From the human T2T-CHM13v2.0 reference genome, Homo sapiens: a stretch of 64,000 bases of DNA. Under the pieces are notes generated by a model. The model did no database searches. It worked only from the letters and a program-made list of their open reading frames with translations, and was not told the origin of the DNA. Within the stretch, counting starts at the first letter, position 1; each line of letters begins with the position of its first letter. The translations under genes and the position numbers were made by a program. The stretch is taken from NCBI RefSeq assembly GCF_009914755.1, contig NC_060934.1. One strand, 5' to 3'. This document shows, piece by piece, positions 54,691 to 64,000 of the stretch.

Positions 54691-56286
54691 AGTGTGATCA
54701 GAGCTTTGCAGAGGTATGCACATCGTGCTCTGGTCAACTGAGTAGTTCTGACTGTTCTAGAAATTAAGGAACAGGTAGAACCACAGGATGGGGCTAACAT
54801 TACTTGAAAGTTTTCGATTCCTCTTGAGGAAGTCACTTAACTTTTCCATGCCTCAGTTTTCCTATCCAAAAACAGGGATAACACTTCTATTGGCAAGCTC
54901 ACAGCAATGTGGTGAGAGGACTTATCAGGATAACTTATGCCAAAGTGTTCAGGAAGCTGTACATTGCTAAGTATACATTATAGATTATTTTTGTTCAAGA
55001 CTGGAAGATATAGAGCACTAACAAAGATACCACATATGACCTAAGATTATAAAATTACTTAATAGAATCTGGCTTCCAAGCTATGACATTTATTTATTGG
55101 GCAGACATTGTGCTCTGCCTTGTGGACATGAAGGTGAGCATTCCAGAATCTTAGCCTTCAGGGAGCTTACAGTCTAGTGGGCAGAAAAACCAAGTGAGCC
55201 AGCAATGAGAATGCAGGGTGACAAAGGCCGATTCTCAGAAGAGAAGCCAATCAGACTCACAGGAAGCGAAGGGTGCTCCAGAGGAACAGCTTAAATAAAT
55301 GCTTGGGGGCCTCTGGACTACTGAGCTAATTATGTGCCAAGCAATGCAATAAACTCTTCATTTACGTTCTCTCATTTTATCCTCCCAAAGATCTATGAGG
55401 AAGAAACTATTATCACCTTTTTTTTTTAATAGTTAAAGGATCAATACACAGAGAAGTTAAAGTACCCTGCCTGCGGCCACACAACCAGCTCATAGCCAAG
55501 CTGTGATGTGGCCTAATGTCCACCTGACTCTAGCAGTCCTCTCTGAACCACATCCTGTCTTGCCTCTTTCAAAGATGGTACCAAGGTTTCAAGTCTGGAA
55601 GCCTGGCCTAAGCCAAATGGAGAAGTTAGAATTGGGTTAGGAATGGGAGGGAGAAATGGCTGCTTCCATATGGACTATGGTAACTTTGAGAAGACAGCAA
55701 GATACTCAAGTAGGAATGCCCTAGAGATCCCTAGAGGAACTATGAAGGGGCCCAGGTGAGACACCCTAACAGGAGTGCAACTTTGGAGGCATCAGCCCAA
55801 AAGTGATGGCTGACGCCAGGGAGATGGCAGAGCTCAGTGGTGGACAGAAGCAAGGCCAGAGTAAAGCGCTAAAGTCATGCATGGAAGGGCACCACAGTTA
55901 TAGCTGCAAGGCAAAAGAATCCCCAAAGTGATGCAAAGTAATCCGAGGGACAGGAGATGAACCAGAAAAGTACACAAGGTGCCACTGAACCAGGGAAGAC
56001 AGAACTCCAAGAAGTGGGTGGTTAAATGTCTCAAAAGAAAAAAAAAAAAAACCCCAGAAATTGAAGCAGAGGAGGAGGCGGCATTAGATTAGGCAAGAGA
56101 GAAGTCACAGGAACACTCTGAGGGAGCAACTTCAGGAGGGCAGTGGGGGTGGGTGCCAGATTGCACAGAGGGTTGAAGGTGTAAGCAGGAAGTTGGGGGA
56201 GTGAGTGGGGAGTTCAGCACAGAGGAAGGAATGTACTAGATGGTAATTCAAGAGGTCAAAGGATTAGGGACAAAAAGGTTTAAGCT

Positions 56287-56575
56287 GGCTGGGTGCCGTG
56301 GCTCATGCCTCTCAACATATCAGGAGGCTGAGGCAGGAGGATTGCTTGAACCTAGGAGTTCAAGACCAGCCTGGGCAACATAGCGAGACCCCATCGCTAC
56401 AAAAAATTAAAAAATTAGCCAGGCACATGCCTGTTGCTTCAGCTCTTGGGAGGCTAAGTTGGGAGGATCTCCTGAGCCTGGGAGTTCGAAGCTACAGTAA
56501 GCCATGATCATGCCACTACACTCCAGCCTCAGCAATAAAGCAAGACTCTGTCTCAAAAAAAAAAAAAAAAAAAAA
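56287..56575 (+). mobile_element. Alu (AluJ-like)
   Basis: dimeric Alu with poly-A. Confidence 0.9.
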
Positions 56576-57622
56576 GTTTAGGCCAAGGGAGCCTAAAATC
56601 CTGTCAGTGAGAATGAGGCCCATGAGGTAAGGATGAAGGGCATCAAGATGTGCTGTGGCAATTAGTAATTGCTCAGTTAAAACCTGCTTATTGATTGACT
56701 ATGGACAGGTTCTCGTCTTTAAGAAAGGAACAGGTGCAGACTGCTGGCTGGGGGACTACACTCGGGTGAAAAGGAAGAATGTGAGGACACATGCAAAGTT
56801 GTGACAAAGTCAGAGATGTCTGTAAGTGGAGGAGACGCTGTAGAAGTGGGGGAAACAATGACTCCAGCATGCTCAGGTTTTACAACTTTCATTCTCCTCC
56901 ATGGGGTCGTGACTGCCCACATCCAAATGATTTCAAGGCTTGGTAAGTGCTTCAGAAAGCCTGATCCCTGGCATCATCACCATCAATGTCAAAGGATGTT
57001 AAGAACAGATTGGCTTTATGGAATGAGTTCTCATGCTCCCAGAAAATTGCAATGCAAGGCCAAGGATTTGGCAGGAAGCCTGGAAGTGTAGAGGGATTTT
57101 GAGTTACCCAAGTCTACCCTTAATGTGGCTCTGCTGAACATTCTCCTCCCACCTGGAAAGGCCTTCTGTTGAATGTGAGCAGAAAGGAGCAGATGAGGCT
57201 GAGTTCAAGCTCAGTCTTACATGGTGCTTTAAGATCATGGTGAGGATCACAGACATGCCATACTCAGGGTCAAGGCAGGTGACTCTAACAACAATCACAC
57301 TTGACTGAAAAAATCAGGCTGATAGTCCATGGATTTCTCCTAAAGCTGCCAGTGTCCTTTTGATCTACAAAATTTAGCCCTGAATTGTTTTACTTGAAAG
57401 CTTGTGGTCATGTGACTCATCACTGAGTGGATTTCAATATACAGAGAGCCCCTGAAGAAAAAGTGTCACTTTACATAATGAAAACCCAAAGTGACACTTA
57501 ACTGTACCATGCAGGTGACAGGGCCAGGTATTGACATCCATATTACAATGAGGGCTTGCTATTTTCTCAGTAGGAAAATGCTGATCCTTCACATGACATC
57601 CTGGGGGCATTTCCTCTTAGTC

Positions 57623-58097
57623 TTTTTTTTTTTTTTTTTCTAATTACACAGGGTCTTATTCTCTTACCCAGGCTGAAGTGCAGTGGCATGATCATGGCTC
57701 ACTGCAGCCTTGACCTCCCTGAGCTCAGGTGATCCTCCCACCTTTGCCTCCCAAGTAGCTGGGACTACAGGTGTGCGCCACCACATCTGGCTAGTTTTTT
57801 TGTATTTCTGTGGAAATGGGATTTTGCCATATTGCCCAAGCTGGTCTCAAACTCCTGGGCTCAAGGAATCTGCCCACCTCTGCCTCCCAACTGCCTGCCT
57901 CTGCCTCCCAAAGTGTTGGGATTACAGGTGTGAGTCACTGCGCCTGGCCCCAGCTAATTTTTTGTATTTTTTTTTTATAGAGACGGGGTTTCACCATGTT
58001 GCCCAGGCTGGTCTCAAAGTCCTGAGCTCAAGCAATCTGCCCATCTTGGCCTTCCAAAATGTTGGGATTACAAGTGTGAGCCACTGCAAATCTAGCC
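57623..58097 (-). mobile_element. Trimeric Alu (AluJ-like; left arm + full dimer)
   Basis: extra left arm at about 57951-58097; flanks tcctcttagt / tccttctagt. Confidence 0.88.
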
Positions 58098-58611
58098 TCC
58101 TTCTAGTTTTATACTGTGCTTTAAAATGGAAGGTTCTGGGCCACTAAATAAATGACAATATTGATAACCTCAGATGGGGCCTCTGTTTGAAGGAGGTGGG
58201 ATAGCTTCCCTTTTCTTCACACTGAGAGCTGGTGACTGAGGATTACAGCAATGCTCACACTTCTCTGCAGAAGAACGATGGCCTCTCTACACCCTATGCC
58301 AGCCTCTCTCTCCCAGCCCTTATCTTATTATCCCATCCATCTCCCCAAGGGGACTGAGAGGTACCTGAGAACACCATGTAGGCTTCATTCCCAGATGACT
58401 CTCCCTGAACATCAAGCCTCATGGAGACTCAACAAAAATCTGCTACAGAGAGGGAGGCTGGCAGCCCTGGAGTCCCGTCCCCACAGGTGATGGCTAAGCC
58501 TTACTTGCTCTAAGAGACTAGAGAGTGCCAACCCAGCCAGCCCTCTCTCTTTCAGGAGCTCCTGAACAAAGCTGTACTACTTCTTTTAAAGCATAAACTA
58601 ATATTTAGTGA

Positions 58612-59106
<495 letters not shown>

Positions 59107-60341
59107 TAACACCTCCTCCAGGCTGGGGCAAGGATTACCACCCTTGTTTCCCATATGAGGAAACTGGCTTAGAGGGATGAAGTCACTCACACAGAAACAC
59201 ACAGCTCCAAGAAGAAGGAGCTAGGACCAAACTCTGCATCTCCTAACGTATGGCTGGAGGCCTTTTTTATCTATTCTACCCTTCTTTCAAATTCCCACCA
59301 ACAGGAAGGAGCCCACAGGAGCCACCTTTTTTTTTCAGAGCCACCACTCTTAGCAACCTCGGCTGGGGCCAGAGAATGAGGTGGGCTGGAGAGTGGCAGC
59401 TGGAGGAGGGACAGCCAAGGACACCTTGAGGTCAACCACAGCCTGTCTTGGTCTCAGAGCCAAGTCCTGATAAGGCTGAGAGGGTGTGAGAACCCCATGT
59501 CCTCCCCACCCAGGCTCGCCACCAATCACAGAACAGCAGTGGCATGAAGTTGCACAGAAATCATGTAGCAGCTGTTCAGAAAACAGTGGCTTTTGTTATC
59601 CACCAATCAGTGATTCTGAACCCTGAAATTCATGAGTGTGTGCAAATCCACAGAAATCATGTGCACATGTTTACACGTGTGGCTTTTTTTTTTTTTTTTT
59701 TAGAATCAATCTATTGCCTTCAATAGCTTCTCTCAAGGAGTCCATTAACAAAGAAAAGTTACACACTCTTGCGCCACACTATTAGCAGCTCAAGGGCAGC
59801 ACAGTTCCCTGATGTAGCCTCAGAGCCCCGTGCAGTGCAGGGTACAAAGGAAGCCCTGAATACAATGGTAAGTGAACCCACAGAGCGCCGCCTGGTAACA
59901 GGAATGCACATCTATTAAGTCATGCATCTATTAAGCAGCAGCTCAGTGCTGAGCTGTTAATGAGCGGAATCTCATCTGATCGTCATACAACCTGGGAGGC
60001 ACTACAGCTTTCCTCACTTGATAGTAAGAAAACTGAAGCCCAGAGACTTAGATAACCTGCCTGAGGCAGCACCAGACCCAGGATTCAAAGCAGAATGGCT
60101 ACAGGAAGCCACAAGGAAATAGCTACACATTCCCCTTCCTGGGTTCCCTCCCTACTCTGACATGGTCCCAATCCTACACACTTTATCAAGGGGTGAGCTA
60201 ATTATATTTGTATATGTCTGATTATATTTGCAGTCACTCCCCACCATTGTCAACTCTTGCCACCTGCCACACTCAAGTGCGGTCAGCACAGAGGGCAGCA
60301 TTGGCATCACCAGGGAGCTGGGCAGAAATGCACATTCTCTT

Positions 60342-60668
60342 GGCCAGGCACAGTAGCTGGTGCCTATAATCCCAGAACTTTAGGAGGCTGAGGGAGGAGG
60401 ATTGCTTGAGGTCAGGATTTGACACCAGCCTTGGCAACATAGTGAGACTCCAGCTCTACAAAAAAACTTTAAAAAAAAAACTAGCTGGGCATGGTGGTGC
60501 ACACCTGTAGTCCCAGCTACTCAGGAGGCTGAGGTAGGAGGATCACATGAGCCCAGCAGTTCAAGGCTGCAGTAAGCTATGATTGTGCCACTGCACTCCA
60601 GTCTGGGTGACAGAGCAAGATGCTGTATCAAAAAAAAAAAAGAAAAGAAAAGAAAAGGGAAGAAAAAG
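60342..60668 (+). mobile_element. Alu (AluJ-like) inserted in a MER5-like element (about 60273-60790)
   Basis: TSD agaaatgcaMattct; MER5 motifs on both sides. Confidence 0.88.
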
Positions 60669-61302
60669 AAATGCAAATTCTTACTCATACCCACCATTAA
60701 ATCCAAATCTCTAGGGGGATGGCCTAGGAATCTGAGTTTCGACAAGCTCTCCAGGAATTTCTGATGCCTGCTCAAATTCAAGAAGCAGTTTTCTCACACT
60801 GTCTTCTGGGCACTGCTGGTCGGAAGGTTCTCACCTGGACCCACCACCCCAGGGGCATCTACTGGCATTTGGGCTTGCCACCCAAAAAGGAGAGAACTTG
60901 CCCATATCTCCCAACCCCTGACTCCTCACATCCAGAAGGGAGACAGAAGCAGCAGAAAGATGACCTCTTCAGAGAGGCCTGCCATGAACACTGCATCTAA
61001 AGCTGGACTCCTGGTTCTTTTTAACCCAGAACATCCTGTTCTTATCCATCAAGGCCCTTATCACAGTTCCATGGGACATGTTTACTAGTGTGGCTCACTG
61101 GTCTGGTCTGTCCACCACCCTGCAAGCTCCAGGGAGGCAGGAACTATGCCTATTTTCATCATCTTGGTAGTCCAGCAACAAAGAGTCTCCCCAAGACATC
61201 AGAGGATCTTGGAAGATATTGCTGATTGAATATCGGGCGGTGACCGGAAGACGGTTTCAACAGGAACAGGGATTAACACATAAATAAATATTTCTCACCT
61301 AC

Positions 61303-61332
61303 CTGAAAGGCTACTGAGTCGTTTTTGCTGTT
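61303..61332 (-). CDS. SORBS1: SORBS1 30-nt exon (E)QQKRLSSLS, phase 1-1
   Basis: tatcacag|AACAGCAAAAACGACTCAGTAGCCTTTCAG|gtaggt. Confidence 0.9.
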
Positions 61333-62612
61333 CTGTGATAAAAGAACACACAGTGTAAGTAAGATTTATACAGCACATAGTAAGACCAAGAAGCCCTGGC
61401 ATAACTCGTTAGGATCTCAACCCTGAGTCCTCACTGTCCTCTGGACTTAGATGGTACAATGTGCATGCAGCCAGCTGACTGCAGGGGTATTAGCGTGGCT
61501 CCCATTATGCCAGTGTGGTGTCTCCCAGCCTGCCCCGCTTCCAGATCTACACCAGGATTCAGGGGACTGCCACAATTTTCTAGCTGTTTACATCTTATCT
61601 CAAGATGATTCCATCATAGAAGGGAATCCATCCAACCCTCCAGCTTCAAGTGAGCAAGGCCTTATATGACCCCAGTCTTGGTACCTTTTGAGGGAAATGT
61701 AATTATAATCACAACCATGACAGTGACCGTCTCCTGAGAGCTTGCTAAATGCCAGGCGCTGTTTTAGCGCTTTTGCAAATAACACTTGTAAACTTTGCAA
61801 CAACTCTAGTAGTTGGGTACGATTATTCTTTCCCATTGTACAGAGGAGGAAACGAAAGCCTGGCCTTAGTCACTATAGTAATCTGGCTTGTCCGGAGTAC
61901 AAGAAAAATCCTTAAAAAATCAGCAATGGCCGAGAAACTTCAGATAAGGGGCACAAATCGCCCAAGATAACACTGAAAATCAGCTGGATCTAGAACCTGG
62001 ATCCCTGACTCCTAGTCCAGAGTTCATTCCAATTCTAGTCATCAAGACCTTGCTGGTCCTTGGCATTGAAGGGTTATTGGTTTCTCACCATCCTGGGCAC
62101 TCATGTGGAAGGGAAGCCACATCTCCTTTGTGGAGTCCTAATGTGTACGTGCTATGAGATGAGAGTACAAAAATGACCTTTACCTTCCACAGCCGCTAAA
62201 TATAAAGCAGCCACATAGATAAAAATAGAACATTTGCCAACCCGTGGGTACTGTCATCATTCCCCTTGGCTGCGTTCCCACCCTCCTGCTACAATCAGTG
62301 TGAACCAGAAGTAAACAGCGAGCAGCTCAGGAGCTCACAGCCTGGGAAGCGGTGCCTGGCCACCTCTGCCACATGGATGAGGTTCGTACTGGCTGAACAT
62401 GCAGAAGCCCAGTGCAGCTCTGGCCTCAGCTCTGCCAGCAACTTTCAGATGACAATGGCCAATTCACTAAACCTCTCGGCCTCAGTTTCCTTGTCTGTTA
62501 TGTCAAAGGGCCCTATTGGTACTAAGGGGACCTACGGTTCCCACACACTACACTGAAGGCTGCTGAGCTCCAGCTGGCAGAAGTGAATGTATTCCACTTA
62601 AAAGATCATGTT

Positions 62613-62828
<216 letters not shown>

Positions 62829-62841
62829 AAAAGACCACGTT

Positions 62842-63145
62842 GGCCAGGCACGGTGGCTCATGCCTATAATCCCAGCACTTTGGGAGGCCGAGGCAGGCAG
62901 ATCCCTTGAGCCCAGGGGATCAGGACTAGCCTAGGCAACATGGTAAAACCCCGTCTCTACAAAAAATATTTTAAAATTATCCAGGTGTGGTGGCACACGC
63001 CTGTGGTCCCAACTACTGGCATCGAGAGGCTGAGGTGGGAGAATCACCTGAGCCTGGGAGGTTGAGGATGAAGTGAGCCATGACTGCACCACTGCACTCT
63101 AGCCTCAACAACAGAGTGAGACCTTGTCTCAAAAAAAAAAAAAAA
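62842..63145 (+). mobile_element. Alu (AluJ-like)
   Basis: full length, poly-A tail. Confidence 0.9.
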
Positions 63146-63319
63146 GACTATGTTGTCTCCAGTTTTGAGGTGTGAAATAGCCTTTCTTTCATAGGATGAC
63201 ATGCAACACAGGTAACAGTGGCCACTTTCTAGTGGTGTTATTTTAAAGCATTAGAATGAAAAACCCTAGGGTGATCCCTAGACTGCTTCATGTGTCCGTA
63301 AGTCTGGGAACCTCTGAGC

Positions 63320-63477
63320 TCTAGTTCTCAATGTGGTCGGTGGGCCAGTGGCACTGGTATGCCTAGCAAGCTTGCTGAAAATGTAGAATCTCGTCTCCTC
63401 CACCCCAAACCTCTTGAGGCTGAACCTGCAAGTTAACAAGACTCTCAGGATCCGACGCACATAGACTGAGAAGCCCT
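63320..63477. mobile_element. MER5-like DNA transposon
   Basis: tagttctcaatgtggtc...ttaacaagactctcagg...tgagaagc. Confidence 0.65.
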
Positions 63478-63729
63478 AAGCAAGGGGACCCACGCACCTC
63501 TTTTCATCCTGAGAGTTTTCTGATTCAAAGCCTCCCTCCCAGACAGATGGTAAGCGATTTGTCTTCATACCCATGTGGTGTGAAAACTCAGGAAAGAAGG
63601 GGAAAGGGCTGTGTTGTTCACAACCATCAGTACCAGGCCAGAGGCTCAGTGCCCCTCTGTTTCTAGTAGGGGTAAGCTGGCTTGGAGAGACAGGATTATT
63701 GCCACACTATGCCCTGGGACAGTCTAGGC

Positions 63730-63776
63730 AAAAAAAAAAAAAAAAAAAAAGGGGGGGGGGGGGGCAGGGAGGGAGG
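63730..63776 (+). repeat. A21-G14 homopolymer junction followed by GGG runs
   Basis: read directly from sequence. Confidence 0.9.
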
Positions 63777-64000
63777 CATTTTTTAGGATGACAAAACTAG
63801 AATTCCAGAAGTGGAGTAAAGTTATTCCCTCAGGAGACTTTGCAATAATTAAGAAATTATTTTTATGGGTACTGTTTATGAAGCAAAGCAGAGCTGCCAG
63901 GTTAGGCAAATTCCAAAGCAATGCCAAAAACACTTGACCTAAACCCCATTTATGATTAGTAATACGGGGCTGGGCCAGTGAGGCTCTTCTCTTCTTCCTG

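Overview
Primate genomic DNA, almost certainly human (AluJ/AluS, MER5, MER58, MIR, L2, one ERV1 solo LTR). The whole window lies inside SORBS1 (sorbin and SH3 domain-containing 1; CAP/ponsin), transcribed on the minus strand. I reconstructed 17 coding exons by hand, with GT-AG boundaries and consistent phases. They run from the 30-nt EQQKRLSSLS exon through the SoHo-domain exons to the first exon of SH3 domain 1; the gene start and the remaining SH3 exons lie outside the window. The only long ORF (542 aa) is not a separate gene. It is a 1479-nt in-frame alternative exon plus intron read-through. I found no prokaryote-type system, RNA gene or CRISPR array. The best candidates for undescribed biology are: (1) isoform architecture around the giant exon (a degenerate second SoHo-like helix, a broken zinc-finger motif, and a possible intronic poly(A) isoform lacking SH3); (2) a candidate 3-nt microexon or recursive splice site, plus other cryptic cassette exons; (3) two candidate internal first exons; (4) a perfect GRE next to a CTCF motif; (5) two trimeric Alus with the same junction. 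The gene identity relies on my recall of the protein sequence. Repeat subfamilies and repeat boundaries were called by eye, and all unannotated exons are hypotheses.
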